From an uncultured Thermococci archaeon (lineage in GTDB: Archaea; CAYQAE01; CAYVLA01): DNA of 64,000 bases. Positions within the stretch are counted from its first letter, which is position 1. Each line of letters opens with the position of its first letter. The notes under the pieces are model-generated. The model saw only the letters and a list, made by a program, of their open reading frames with translations, searched no databases and was not told where the DNA came from. The DNA is taken from contig CAZJVP010000101.1 in NCBI GenBank assembly GCA_964549615.1, forward strand, positions 36,168-100,167, given 5' to 3'. The position numbers and the translations under genes were made by a program. Positions 28,657 to 39,055 of this stretch are shown in pieces.

Positions 28657-31299
28657 CTACTCGGCTTCGATCACCACGACCGCATCCTCTAAGGGCAGCG
28701 CTTCAACCGCCCTGCCGTGTGACACCCAGCCCGACTCGATGGCGACGTCCTCCTTTGTGAGAGATGCGATCTGCCCGTTGCTCAGGCGGACCCGCCACTC
28801 ACCCTCGCGGAGTGCCTTGACGGCTGCGGCCGGGTCGGCGGACGCAATGAGTTCGGCGACCTCCCTTGCCGCCCCCTTAAACCTTGGGCCCAATCTTGAA
28901 TGGATCGGCTTGAGGGCTCGCGGCTCCTCGTGAAGCGTCGGGTCTGACTCCACGATGGAAAGCCGCTCCGCAACCATTGCCGCCTTCAGATCACCCGAGA
29001 TCGCCTCGACGCCCTTGACCTTGGTTATGATCTGAACCGACCGCAGGGCCTTGTTGAGCGCCATCCCCTTGCCCGATTTCCAGTTCCGGACAGCAGCCGC
29101 GATCCGCTTGGCGAACTCGCCGAGCATCTTGGCCTCCTCGTCCCGCCTCGGGGGCTGGGGGAAGGGCGACAGATGCACGCTCTTGATGCCCTCGCGTAAG
29201 CGGTACAGCTGCTGGTAGACCTCCTCCGTGACGTGTGGCATGATCGGGGCGAGGAGCTTGGTGAGCGCGAGTCCGACGGTCATGAGGACCTCTCGAACCT
29301 CAGGGTCGTCGCGGGCATACACCCGGGGCTTGACGAGTTCGATGTAGTGGTCGGCCAGCTCGTGCCAGAGGAAGTACTGGACGTCCCTGATCACCGACGC
29401 GAAGTCGAAGCTCTGATAGTGCCGCCGGGCATCCTCCACGAGCTCGGCCAGAAGGTGGAGGATCCAGCGGTCTAGGACGTTCTTGGGCGTGCGCTTCATG
29501 CCGGCCGGGGCTGGGCGTTCATTTGCGATCCGGATGAACTGCTGAACGTTCCAGAACTTCTCGACGAACCTTCGGCCTCTCACCAGGTCCTGGGGCCTGA
29601 AGTTACTGTCCTGCCCTAGGGCACAGAGCGCGCCCTGGTACCTCATGACATCAGCCCCGTACTCCCGAAGGGTCTCGAGGGGATCGATCACGTTTCCAAG
29701 GGAGGCGTGCATCGGAGTGCCGTCGGGAGAGAGTATGAAGCCGTCTATGAAGATGTCCTTCCAGGGCTTGCTGTTGAAGAGTAGGTGGCTGCGGAGAAGC
29801 GAGTAGAAGGCCCAGGTGCGTATGATGTCGCTTGACTGCGGACGGAGCCCCGTGGGGAAGAGCCTTCGGAACTTCTCGTCGTCCCGCTTCCAGAAGGCGA
29901 TGTAGGGCGCCGAGATCGAGCTATCCATCCATGTATCGAAGACATCCTCGCATCCTTTCAAGCGCCCGCCGCACTTGGGGCAGCTGTCCAAGGGAGCCGG
30001 ATCCGTGATGGGGTCGACGTAGCACTGTTGCTCATTTGCCGGGACCACCTCGCCACAGCTCTCGCACTCCCAGACGGGTATCGCGGTCCCGAAGTATCGT
30101 TGTCTTGATATGACCCAGTCCCATTCCAGGGAGTTCACCCAGTCATCCAGCCGTTTCCGCATGTGTTGGGGGTACCAGTTCAGCTCGTCCGCGTGCTTCA
30201 GGACAGCCTCCTTGAACGGCACGGACTTGAGGAACCACTGGGGCCTGCGAAGGAACTCGACTGTGGTCTTGCACCTCCAGCAGCAACCAACCGATTGCGT
30301 CGTCGGCGTCTGGCCGCGAAGCAGGCCGGCTGCCTTGAGGTCTTCGATGACCGCCTCGCGCGCTTCCTGCACCTTCATCCCGGCGTACTTCCCGGCCAGG
30401 TCGGTCATTCGTCCTTGCTCGTCTATCGCCATCTGGAACTCGAGGTGATGTTTGAGTATCCAGTGAAGGTCGTCCTTGTCCCCTATGGAGCATATCATCA
30501 CCACGCCGGTTCCCTTTGCCGGGTCCACGGCCTCGTCCGCCACGACGGGAACCCTCCTGTTGTACAGCGGCGTGATCATGTGCTTGCCTACGAGCTCCCT
30601 TGCCCTGGGATCAGACGGGTGCACGCCGACCAGCTGGCAGGTGCAAAGCAGCTCGGGCCTCGTCGTCGCGATGACGATCTCCTCGCCAGTCTCCTCCACG
30701 CGGAAGACGATGTTGTTGTACCGGCTTTCCCGGTCCTTATATTCCACCTCCGCGTCCGCTAGGGCGGTCATGCACCTGGGACACCAGTTGACGGGGAAGG
30801 TGCCCTTGTAGGCCAGATTGCGCTTGAGCATCTCAAGGAAGCTGATCTGCGTGACGCGACGATAGTACGGCGCATCCGTCTGGTAGTAGACGGAGCTATC
30901 CATCGAGCAGCCGAGGATCGCGAACTGCCGCGTCATTTCCTCGATGTTCCGGTTCGCGAACTTGCGGCATTTCTCTATGAAGTCCTGCCGGTCCACCTCC
31001 ACCCTCGTCACGCCGAGCTCCCGCTCGACCTTCTCCTCGATGGGGATGCCGTTCGTGTCGAAACACAGCGGGAACATCACGTTGAACCCCGTCATCCGCT
31101 TATATCGGGCCGCCATGTCGATGTGCGTGTAGTGTATCGCGTGCCCTACATGTAGGGGACCTGAGGCATATCGAGGCGGGTTGTCGATGAGGTAGGCGCG
31201 TGAGGCGGCTTCGGGGCTCTCGTCGAACTGGTAGATCTTCTCCTTCTGCCACCATTCCTGCCATTTCGGCTCGACCTTTCGCCAGTCGTAGGCGGGCAT
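28657..31299 (-). CDS. valS: Valine--tRNA ligase, archaeal type
   Basis: DNPPRYASGPLHVGH (HIGH), ATTRPEL, GTGVVMIC, WDWVISRQRYFG, DVFDTWMDSS, DIIRTW, LADHYIELVK. KMSKS position reads PMHAS. Confidence 0.95.
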   Translation of the reverse strand: MPAYDWRKVEPKWQEWWQKEKIYQFDESPEAASRAYLIDNPPRYASGPLHVGHAIHYTHIDMAARYKRMTGFNVMFPLCFDTNGIPIEEKVERELGVTRVEVDRQDFIEKCRKFANRNIEEMTRQFAILGCSMDSSVYYQTDAPYYRRVTQISFLEMLKRNLAYKGTFPVNWCPRCMTALADAEVEYKDRESRYNNIVFRVEETGEEIVIATTRPELLCTCQLVGVHPSDPRARELVGKHMITPLYNRRVPVVADEAVDPAKGTGVVMICSIGDKDDLHWILKHHLEFQMAIDEQGRMTDLAGKYAGMKVQEAREAVIEDLKAAGLLRGQTPTTQSVGCCWRCKTTVEFLRRPQWFLKSVPFKEAVLKHADELNWYPQHMRKRLDDWVNSLEWDWVISRQRYFGTAIPVWECESCGEVVPANEQQCYVDPITDPAPLDSCPKCGGRLKGCEDVFDTWMDSSISAPYIAFWKRDDEKFRRLFPTGLRPQSSDIIRTWAFYSLLRSHLLFNSKPWKDIFIDGFILSPDGTPMHASLGNVIDPLETLREYGADVMRYQGALCALGQDSNFRPQDLVRGRRFVEKFWNVQQFIRIANERPAPAGMKRTPKNVLDRWILHLLAELVEDARRHYQSFDFASVIRDVQYFLWHELADHYIELVKPRVYARDDPEVREVLMTVGLALTKLLAPIMPHVTEEVYQQLYRLREGIKSVHLSPFPQPPRRDEEAKMLGEFAKRIAAAVRNWKSGKGMALNKALRSVQIITKVKGVEAISGDLKAAMVAERLSIVESDPTLHEEPRALKPIHSRLGPRFKGAAREVAELIASADPAAAVKALREGEWRVRLSNGQIASLTKEDVAIESGWVSHGRAVEALPLEDAVVVIEAE

Positions 31300-31496
31300 T
31301 GGCAAACCCTCAGCTTGGCGTGTTCCCATCACTCCAGGTGACGGGTTTTCTTAACGCTTTTCTCGAAGGAGGAGAAGGAGGAGATGTCCCTGGCCGACTC
31401 GCCGCTTCGGAGGGGAGCATCTAGATGCCGTTGTCCTGCCAGCATTCACGGACACGGACGGGAGCCTTTTTATTCGCCGACGGAATGCTTGGAGTT

Positions 31497-32105
31497 ATGG
31501 CGTGGAAGGGAGACGAGGAGTTCAAGCCGCACCCCAACATGGTGAAGCTCTACCGCATCTACCTTTGTCTAGCGGTCATGCCGGTGGTGATCGCGGGCAT
31601 CCTGGTGACCTGGGGAGTGTTGATCGTTGATCCGTCCCTGGCCTACATCCCCGCCATTGTCTTCTTCCTGCCAGTCGCGGTGGCGGCCGGCTTCGTTCTT
31701 TACTGGTCCTCGAGGTACTACAGATCGATAACCTATCGGCTCACGCAGGACGAGGTCATTGTCGAGCGCGGCGTTTGGTGGAAGGTGAGGAGCACCGTGC
31801 CGTACTCGAGGGTCATGTCGGTTGAGACGCTGCAGGGGCCGATATCGCGCATGCTGGGGATAGCCACCGTGGACGTTTACACTGCCGGGTTCACCGGCGT
31901 TTCGGGCGGCACCGGGGGGCCGAGGGCTAAGAGGGCGGAGGCTTCGCTGATCCACATCCCCAACTTTCTGGAGGTGCGAGAGAAGGTGCTTAGCATAGTA
32001 AGGGGGAGGCCGCTTTTCGGCGCCGCTGGCAGCGATATCGGTGCGGAGATGCTCTCGGAGTTGCGGCGGGTCAGGGAACTCCTGGAGAAGACCAAGCCTG
32101 GGTGA
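31497..32105 (+). CDS. Bacterial PH-domain (bPH_2/YdbS-like) membrane protein
   Basis: Two N-terminal TM helices, then YRLTQDEVIVERGVWW..TVPYSRV..QGPISRMLGIATVDVYTAG. TTTTTAT box about 29 nt upstream. Confidence 0.85.
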   Translation: MAWKGDEEFKPHPNMVKLYRIYLCLAVMPVVIAGILVTWGVLIVDPSLAYIPAIVFFLPVAVAAGFVLYWSSRYYRSITYRLTQDEVIVERGVWWKVRSTVPYSRVMSVETLQGPISRMLGIATVDVYTAGFTGVSGGTGGPRAKRAEASLIHIPNFLEVREKVLSIVRGRPLFGAAGSDIGAEMLSELRRVRELLEKTKPG

Positions 32106-32167
32106 GGAATGAATCGCAGCCCAGCGAGCGGCCTGTTGCGCGAAGCGTTCGGCTTCGGCCCGGACCC

Positions 32168-33595
32168 CTAGGTTGGGGGCGTTGGAAACATCTCACGCAG
32201 TAGTTCCGTGGCGGATTCGACGACCAAGTCGAGGGCCTCTGGGACGAGGCGCGACCAGTTGCCGGTCACCGTCTCGTGTCCCCCGCGGAGGAATGCTTGG
32301 CTGGTGGGAAGGTACCCGACGTAGTGGTTCACGCAGTGCACGATGTAAGTGGGATACGTGGGAGAGCCGAGCTTTATCTGGAGCCCCCCTTCCACGAACG
32401 GTTCTCCGGGCAGGCCGACCAGGGCGACGTCGCCGATCCGGAAGACTTGGATCTCGTACTCGTGCTCCGGGCTCCGCTGTCGGAGGTTGTTGAGGTCAAT
32501 CAGCCCGGCAGCCATGCACCACGCCTGGTCGACCGCTCGGCCCCGCTTCCCGGTCCAGGACGGCTCCGGGTGATCCTTCAGAAAGGCCCGCGCGTTCTCC
32601 AGTTCCTGGGCATCTATCTGCCTGATGGGGATCTTCAGTTGCCTGACCCTCCAGTCCAGGGCGGCCTCCCGTTTGAACTCAATCGACTCAACCACCCTCT
32701 CGACGGTGCGAGCAAGCGCGCTGCCCATCCTGCGGTGGTCCAAGACGTAGTCCGGGTCGAAGGGGGGCCAGGGGTTGATGTTGCCGCAGGCACCATTGAG
32801 CACCAGCGGCACGCACGTTGGGCCGTAGATCAGTCCAAGTTCGCTCGCAAGCGCGCCGGGCCAGTCGGCCGAGACTATCGGCTTTGGAAACACGTGGACT
32901 GGATGGCAGGTGTAGTTAACTAGGATCGCTGATATCCGCAACGAGCTGCCGCGGAAACAGACCACGCCGACCTCGGGGTCGATGGGGCCTTCAAGGTAAC
33001 GTATGTCCGTCGGGCCCAGGGGCGTCTTCCAGCCGGGCGGGGGCATGCCAACCTTGCCGTTTCGCATGACGGCGCGGCGGTTGAAGGCGAACCTGCCCTC
33101 GATCCCGCTCGCTGCTCCCACCTCAACGGGTTCCAATGAATCGTTCGCGAGCCTGATCGCCTCCACTATGCGTTCCTCTGCAAACTCGTTGTAGCGTTTG
33201 TCGCCGCCCCTGAGCCAATCGAACTCCTCAGGGATTCCCTCGAATTCATCGCTCAACATGAAGTGGCCGAGAGAAGGCGCTGAGTGGGTCTGGGTTGCGT
33301 GGACCATGACAGCGTCACGGTCGAATTCGAACTCCTTCTCGGCGACGCGGCGGATTCGGTCTGAGTGCTGCTTCGTAACTATGGTGAGGTCCAGAGCAAC
33401 GAGGCAGAGCTTGCGCTTTGCGCCCTGGACGACGACGGCCCTTGCGTAAAGCGGATCGGCGACGAACTTCGCAGGCCTGTGAAGGCCGACGGCGCCGGCT
33501 AAATGTATGCTTTCCCTCGGCGTGATGTCAACGCACGCTGCGCCGACCTGCACGCATGCGTCAGTTTGGCTTTGTCCCTGGGCGGACATGTCCAT
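32168..33595 (-). CDS. Neutral/alkaline ceramidase-like amidohydrolase
   Basis: VGAACVDITP, DPLYARAVV, ATQTHSAP, NYTCHP, SADWPG, NGACGNINP, GLPGEPF, GYLPT. Confidence 0.78.
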   Translation of the reverse strand: MDMSAQGQSQTDACVQVGAACVDITPRESIHLAGAVGLHRPAKFVADPLYARAVVVQGAKRKLCLVALDLTIVTKQHSDRIRRVAEKEFEFDRDAVMVHATQTHSAPSLGHFMLSDEFEGIPEEFDWLRGGDKRYNEFAEERIVEAIRLANDSLEPVEVGAASGIEGRFAFNRRAVMRNGKVGMPPPGWKTPLGPTDIRYLEGPIDPEVGVVCFRGSSLRISAILVNYTCHPVHVFPKPIVSADWPGALASELGLIYGPTCVPLVLNGACGNINPWPPFDPDYVLDHRRMGSALARTVERVVESIEFKREAALDWRVRQLKIPIRQIDAQELENARAFLKDHPEPSWTGKRGRAVDQAWCMAAGLIDLNNLRQRSPEHEYEIQVFRIGDVALVGLPGEPFVEGGLQIKLGSPTYPTYIVHCVNHYVGYLPTSQAFLRGGHETVTGNWSRLVPEALDLVVESATELLREMFPTPPT

Positions 33596-33758
33596 CTCGC
33601 CTCGTCCGAGGGAACGTGGCCGGCTTATTAGTGTGAGATGTTGCTTGGGCCGGGCGAGGTTTCGCCTTCACGCGAGCCGCCGAGCCGCGGTGTGCCACAG
33701 AATGTTTGGACGCGTGCCGCCTTGGAGCGGTTCACTCGGTCCGTGCCCCGCTCAACTC

Positions 33759-34529
33759 CTACGACCGAAGCCGCACGGCTACGCCGCGTCCGTGCAGGTA
33801 TTCCTTGACCTGCCTTATCGTCAGAATCCCGAAGTGGAAAACCGAGGCCGCCAACAGGCCGCTTGCATGTCCCTCAACCGCAGCTTGGTAAAAATGCTCC
33901 AGTGCCCCGGCGCCGCCGCTCGCGATGACCGGTAGGCCCGTGGATTCGGCGATCGCTCGTGTGAGGGGGATGTCGTAACCCCCCTTCGTGCCGTCGGTCG
34001 CCCTGCTGGTAGGAAGGAGCCGGCCTACCCCCATCTCAGCCATCTCCACTGCAAACTCGACGGCATCCCTGCCCGTTGGCGTGCGTCCGCCGTCGATGTA
34101 GACCTCGCGCCCGGAGGGGCAGGATGCGTTCGCGTCCGCGTCGATGGCAACGGTGATCTTGTCGGATCCGAAGCGCTTCACTGCATCCCTGACCATCGCT
34201 GGGTTACGAAATGCGGCACTGGATATCGAGACGGACGTAGCTCCCGATCTCAGTGCAGAGGCGATGTCGCTGCACGACCTGATCCCCCCTCCGACCGTGA
34301 GGGGCACATCAACTACGGCTGCAACCTTCCTGACGACCTCGAATGCAGTCCTTCGTTTCTCCACGGTGGCCGTGATGTCGAGGAAGGCGATCTCGTCGGC
34401 GCCGCCGTCGCAGTATGCCTTGGCGGCCTCCACGGGATCCGCCGCATCGCGCAAGTGTGCAAAGTGAACTCCCTTGACGACCCTGCCGTCCTTGATGTCC
34501 AAGCAGGGGATGATGGCAACCTCGGCCAT
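33759..34529 (-). CDS. hisF: Imidazole glycerol phosphate synthase cyclase subunit, stand-alone copy
   Basis: IIPCLDIKDGRVVKGV, GADEIAFLDITAT, PLTVGGGI, VAIDA, DGTKGGYD, PVIASGGAG, LAASVFH. Confidence 0.9.
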   Translation of the reverse strand: MAEVAIIPCLDIKDGRVVKGVHFAHLRDAADPVEAAKAYCDGGADEIAFLDITATVEKRRTAFEVVRKVAAVVDVPLTVGGGIRSCSDIASALRSGATSVSISSAAFRNPAMVRDAVKRFGSDKITVAIDADANASCPSGREVYIDGGRTPTGRDAVEFAVEMAEMGVGRLLPTSRATDGTKGGYDIPLTRAIAESTGLPVIASGGAGALEHFYQAAVEGHASGLLAASVFHFGILTIRQVKEYLHGRGVAVRLRS

Positions 34530-34622
34530 GAGACCTGGCTCCTCAGCCGGCCTTGGGCACACGCTACGCCATATTAAGATTTTCTCGGGTTGGGTTGGGT
34601 TAGGTCTCAGGGCAGGACCTCG

Positions 34623-35480
34623 TCAGCGCAGGTTGTACCTGATCTTTCCTCGTCTTTCGATGAAGCAGTCCGCGCAGACCTTGTAGCCGTGGAGCATCTC
34701 GAAGTGGTCTTCGCAGATCGGCCGGTGGCACCTGTTGCACTCTTCGACCGTGAGCCGGCGGCAGTAGAAGCATGGCTTCATTCTCTTGCGGCTGAGATTG
34801 AGGAAGAAGAGAGGGAACCTGAAGAAACGCCTTCGCGGCGCGCCGTGGTTCAGATAGTCGACTAGGGCAACGGCGGCGGGGTTCTCCGTGAGCGCCTCGA
34901 ATCTTGAGGACCCGTCGTCGAGCCTGAGCCGGTAACGGATCATCGTCTGGCTGATCATGCGCCTGAGCAGTATGGGGAGGATCGCCGCAAAGATGACAAA
35001 GGCCTCAACGTTGCCTTTGCCAACGGACTTCTCCACGGCCTCGAATGCTATCGCAAGAGGCTGTGTTTCGGACAGCGAGAACAGCACGACGAAGAAGGCC
35101 GCCGTCGCGATAAGGAAGGGTTTGGTCGGCAGGAGGAGTTCAAAGATGAGTGGCATGAACATCACGAAGAGCGCAAGTGCAAAGATGGAGACCTGCGTGA
35201 CCGCGCTTATGCCGCTCGTGACAAAGAACATCAGGAAGCCGTAGGCGTAGACCGCGTAGACAAGGTAGAAGATGTACAGGGGCGTTCTTGACTCAGTGGC
35301 GATCGAGGCTTGGGTCTTTGCGGGGTCAAGCACGAGATCCTTGCCCCAGGACGCCGGATCCTTGCCCTTGATCGTTATCAGATCCGGGGTGACCCTGACG
35401 TTGAAATCCCCGAGGTTGAAGGTCCTCTTGCTCCGCTCCCTCTCCAACCACTCGAGGTGCTCGTCCTCAAACCCCGCCAT
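34623..35480 (-). CDS. Multi-pass membrane protein with C-terminal B-box-like zinc finger
   Basis: About 4 hydrophobic helices, then CFYC..CNRCHRPICEDH..CADC. Likely start MAGFEDE at 35480. Confidence 0.65.
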   Translation of the reverse strand: MAGFEDEHLEWLERERSKRTFNLGDFNVRVTPDLITIKGKDPASWGKDLVLDPAKTQASIATESRTPLYIFYLVYAVYAYGFLMFFVTSGISAVTQVSIFALALFVMFMPLIFELLLPTKPFLIATAAFFVVLFSLSETQPLAIAFEAVEKSVGKGNVEAFVIFAAILPILLRRMISQTMIRYRLRLDDGSSRFEALTENPAAVALVDYLNHGAPRRRFFRFPLFFLNLSRKRMKPCFYCRRLTVEECNRCHRPICEDHFEMLHGYKVCADCFIERRGKIRYNLR

Positions 35481-35744
35481 GGCCAACCAGTTCCAAGGGG
35501 GACAGCCAGAATTCACAAATGTTTCTTCAGCGCAGTCCGGTCGTGCTCCGGAGGTGCGGACTTGTGTTGCGCCGGGTGAGGTTGGAGAAAGTTGGAGAAG
35601 CTTCCGCGAGTCTTTCAACGAGCTCGGGTCATGGCGATCACCGATGTGGTGGCCGGGGCTTGGCGTTTGAGCAGCCGGGCGGAAATGGGCCAACATTTTT
35701 CTGGTCGAACGGCATCTATTAGCTGCAGGGCGGGATCGAGATTG

Positions 35745-36239
35745 ATGGTCGTCTATGCGCTAGTTCTTCTGGTCCTTGGGGCATTCCTAGCGATCGTCGT
35801 GGTCACCGCCGCACGGAGGGTGTGGCTCTCCGACTTCGAGGCAAGGCAGAGGGGAATCGTGAGGACCAGCGAGGGAGAGGTAGTCGTTCCTGCCCGTCCG
35901 CAAGGGAGGCCTATGGGTCAGCGCGTCAGGGAGAGCGTCGGGATGGCGATGGATCTTCGGTACCTCTCCGAGAGCGTGGGCGGCTTCGGTGAGATGAGGG
36001 GGACTCTCTACATCGGGGTCCGGCCCCAGGCGGGGGCGACCAGGGTCAGGACCTCTGGCGGAGTCGTGGTGTGTCCGCTATGTGGCATGCCGATGGAAAG
36101 GATAGGCGCTCGAAGCGCGGAGGAACTCCATGGTATCTTGCCCAGGCCCGAACCGAACCAAGACATCTGGCGGTGCATGCATGAGTACCCGGTCTTCTTC
36201 GTGCCTTCGCTTGAGCCCGGGCGCCCGGCCCCAAGTTGA
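35745..36239 (+). CDS. Membrane-anchored hypothetical protein with zinc-ribbon-like motif
   Basis: N-terminal TM MVVYALVLLVLGAFLAIVVV; CPLCG ... WRCMH. Confidence 0.5.
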   Translation: MVVYALVLLVLGAFLAIVVVTAARRVWLSDFEARQRGIVRTSEGEVVVPARPQGRPMGQRVRESVGMAMDLRYLSESVGGFGEMRGTLYIGVRPQAGATRVRTSGGVVVCPLCGMPMERIGARSAEELHGILPRPEPNQDIWRCMHEYPVFFVPSLEPGRPAPS

Positions 36240-36344
36240 TCGCCTCAAGGCTTTGCGATCGGAAGGCTCTTTGGGCACAGAACCCCCAATCGCCTCGCAC
36301 GCGCTTACTCGAGCACCCCGCAAAAGCGTCCTCAGTGGGCCCCG

Positions 36345-37505
36345 TCACGCCGGATCGAAGATGGCAACTCCCGCATGGTTCGATTCGGTGTCGGCCACGT
36401 AGACCCGCCCGCTGGGGGCTATGGCGGCTGCCTGTCCCCCCATCCTACGGTTCTCGTTTGGAGGCAGCGCAAGCCTCGCAACGAAGTCGCCGTTATTGTT
36501 ATACTTGTCTATGCTGACGGCGGAGTCCTTCCTCGTGTCTCGGGCCATGAGGTAGACGTCCCCCCAGCGGTCCGAGGCTATCGTGTGGTAGCGAAGATAG
36601 CCGTGGTTGGAGCCATCCTGAGCGGGCACGTTGGCAAACGCGAGAAGGAACTCTCCGCTGGCCGTGAACTTCTGGCAGCGGCCGTCGTACTCGACGACGA
36701 AGACGTCTCCGTTGGGGTCGGTCGCCACTCCGTGTGGGGCTAGGAACTCGCCTTGGCGGTTTCCCCTCCTGCCCCATGCGCGCATGAATCCGCCATTCGA
36801 ATCGAACGCAACGACCCTGGAGTTGTCGACGTCCGCAACGAATATCGTCCCGTTTCTTCCGATGGCAAGTGAATGGGGGCGCTTGAGTTCCCCAGCCGAT
36901 GAGCCCTTCCTGCCCCAGGCCCGCAGCGGCTCTCCCTTCTGGGAGAACACGTGTATTCGGTCGTTGTTTCCGTCGGCTACGAATATCGTGCCAAGATCGT
37001 CGGCCTTGACGTCCCGCGGACCGTCAAGCTCGCCTAGGCCAGGCCCACGGCCCCGCCCGATGCTACACAAGAATCGACCGTCGGGGGTGAAGCGCAGCAC
37101 CGCCGACCGAATCGGATCTGCGATCAGGAGAGTGCCTCCCGGCTCGAGCGCGATGCCGTGGGCCTCCAGGAGCATTCCCTGGCCATCTCCCTTCCTGTCC
37201 CAGAAACCGACGTACTCGTACCGCGGACGCTCAGGTCCGATGACGACGGTTGCCCAGGCGTACCGGACGTCTTGCCCTAGCAGCTTGGCCTGTATGTGGA
37301 TCTGATTGGGCCGAGGCGTCTTTCGAGGTGCCTTGTACCTGCCGTCCGGGGTGATGGTCCCGACCTCATCGTTGCCGCCCGGGATTGCCTCCACGGACCA
37401 CTGCAGCATGCCTCCCGGGACCGGAGGCTTCAGGCAGAAATTCTGCGTTGAGCCAGGGTCGAGATGGGCGATGCTTGGGAAGATGCTCGGCCGCACGAGG
37501 TCCAT
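36345..37505 (-). CDS. NHL-repeat beta-propeller protein with N-terminal Ig-like domain
   Basis: GELDGPRDV, IFVADGNNDRIHVF, LKRPHSLAI, FLAPHGVATD, VYVADTE. Confidence 0.85.
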   Translation of the reverse strand: MDLVRPSIFPSIAHLDPGSTQNFCLKPPVPGGMLQWSVEAIPGGNDEVGTITPDGRYKAPRKTPRPNQIHIQAKLLGQDVRYAWATVVIGPERPRYEYVGFWDRKGDGQGMLLEAHGIALEPGGTLLIADPIRSAVLRFTPDGRFLCSIGRGRGPGLGELDGPRDVKADDLGTIFVADGNNDRIHVFSQKGEPLRAWGRKGSSAGELKRPHSLAIGRNGTIFVADVDNSRVVAFDSNGGFMRAWGRRGNRQGEFLAPHGVATDPNGDVFVVEYDGRCQKFTASGEFLLAFANVPAQDGSNHGYLRYHTIASDRWGDVYLMARDTRKDSAVSIDKYNNNGDFVARLALPPNENRRMGGQAAAIAPSGRVYVADTESNHAGVAIFDPA

Positions 37506-37624
37506 ATATCCGGGCCATCCTGCCGCCTGATAAATAGCAAAGCCAACGGCCGGACCGGCGGACGCCCCACGAATTCCACGGAAAACGTTTTCTGCGTGCG
37601 CCCGCTCGCTTCGGCGGGAGTCCG

Positions 37625-39055
37625 ATGGACGGAAGGGATCTTGCCGAGTACGCCGTGGAACTCGGTCAAAGCCTGGGCGCCAGTTACACGGAGGCCAGAT
37701 TCGTCAGGGAGGTAACCGAGGGTTTTTCGACGCGAAACGGCAGCTTGCTTTCGGCCGGAAAGCAGGAACGTGCAGGACTGGGGATCCGGGTCCTTGTAGA
37801 CGGCAGTTTCGCATTCTGTTCGACGGACGAACTGACCAAAGCCTCCCTCAGGCGTTCCCTCGGTGCTGCTGTCAGGGCGGCGCGGGCCAGCAAGAGGAGG
37901 GATCCTGTGGTGCTCTCGGAGGAAGAGGTCCACGAAGACCGCTGGGCGACGCCGGTGAAGCAGAATTTCGACGACGTGGACCGGGACGCCAAGATCGAGC
38001 TGCTCAGGGGGCTGGACAAGGATCTCTCCTCGCTGCCCGGCAAGATCCCTGTCAGGAACCTGTCGCTTGATCTTGTGCAATGGGACAAACAGGTTCTGAC
38101 GAGCGACGGGACCGTGGTCGACGGGTTCTACTCGCTTTTTTCCCTTTACGTCATGTTCCAGGCCGAGGCTGACGGGCGCTCCGAGCAGAGGCGTCTGGGC
38201 ATCGGCGGCACGGGGGGATGGGAGTGGGCAACCGAGAGGGGCATCCGTGAGAAGGTGGTCTCCGATGCTTCGAGAACTCTCAGGGTCGTGTCGGAAGCCA
38301 AGCGGGTTAATCTCGGGAAGGCCGACGTGATCATCGGGCCAGAGGTCGCTGGCATCGTGGCTCACGAGAACTGCGGGCATCCCTCGGAGGGGGACAGGAT
38401 CTTGGGGCGCGAGGCTGCCCAGGCGGGGGAATCCTGGTACCAGGACCTGGTGGTGGGTGAGTCGAGGATAGGCAGCGAGGCCCTGACCATAATTGACGAT
38501 CCGACGATTCCGGGCAGCGCGGGCTACTACCTTTACGACGACGAAGGGGTGAAGGCTAGGCCTAGGTACCTCATCAAGAACGGGATTCTGAACGAGCTTC
38601 TCCTGAATAGGCAGTATGCACGAAGGTTCGGCACCCACTCCACGGCCGCGGCCAGGGCCATCGGCTACGACCGCGAGCCGATCATCAGGATGGCGAACAC
38701 CTACATTGCCGAGGGCGACCACTCTGAGGAAGAGCTTGTGGAGGGGGTAAAGCGCGGGCTGCTGATGAACAGCTTCACCGAGTGGAACATCGATGATCGC
38801 CGTTTCCAGTCCAAGTACGTCGGCTCGGAGGCCATTCTCATCCGGAACGGCAGGCTCACCGACACCTACGTCCGGAGGCCGGTCCTGGAGCTGACGACGA
38901 CCGCCCTCTTCAGGAGCGTCGACGCCTGCGCCAAGGGATTTGCCGCCGACTTGGCGTCGTGCGGGAAGTCGGAGCCGATGCAGGCTGCCCCGGTGTGGAC
39001 CGCGGGGCCCTCAGCGGTGAGGCTGAGAGGGGTCAGGGTGGGGGTGGGGCTATGA
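37625..39055 (+). CDS. tldD: TldD-family metalloprotease, catalytic subunit
   Basis: GLGIRVL, HENCGHPSEGDR (HExxxH), DDPT..YDDEG, IIRMANTY, CGK..Q..PV. Confidence 0.9.
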   Translation: MDGRDLAEYAVELGQSLGASYTEARFVREVTEGFSTRNGSLLSAGKQERAGLGIRVLVDGSFAFCSTDELTKASLRRSLGAAVRAARASKRRDPVVLSEEEVHEDRWATPVKQNFDDVDRDAKIELLRGLDKDLSSLPGKIPVRNLSLDLVQWDKQVLTSDGTVVDGFYSLFSLYVMFQAEADGRSEQRRLGIGGTGGWEWATERGIREKVVSDASRTLRVVSEAKRVNLGKADVIIGPEVAGIVAHENCGHPSEGDRILGREAAQAGESWYQDLVVGESRIGSEALTIIDDPTIPGSAGYYLYDDEGVKARPRYLIKNGILNELLLNRQYARRFGTHSTAAARAIGYDREPIIRMANTYIAEGDHSEEELVEGVKRGLLMNSFTEWNIDDRRFQSKYVGSEAILIRNGRLTDTYVRRPVLELTTTALFRSVDACAKGFAADLASCGKSEPMQAAPVWTAGPSAVRLRGVRVGVGL

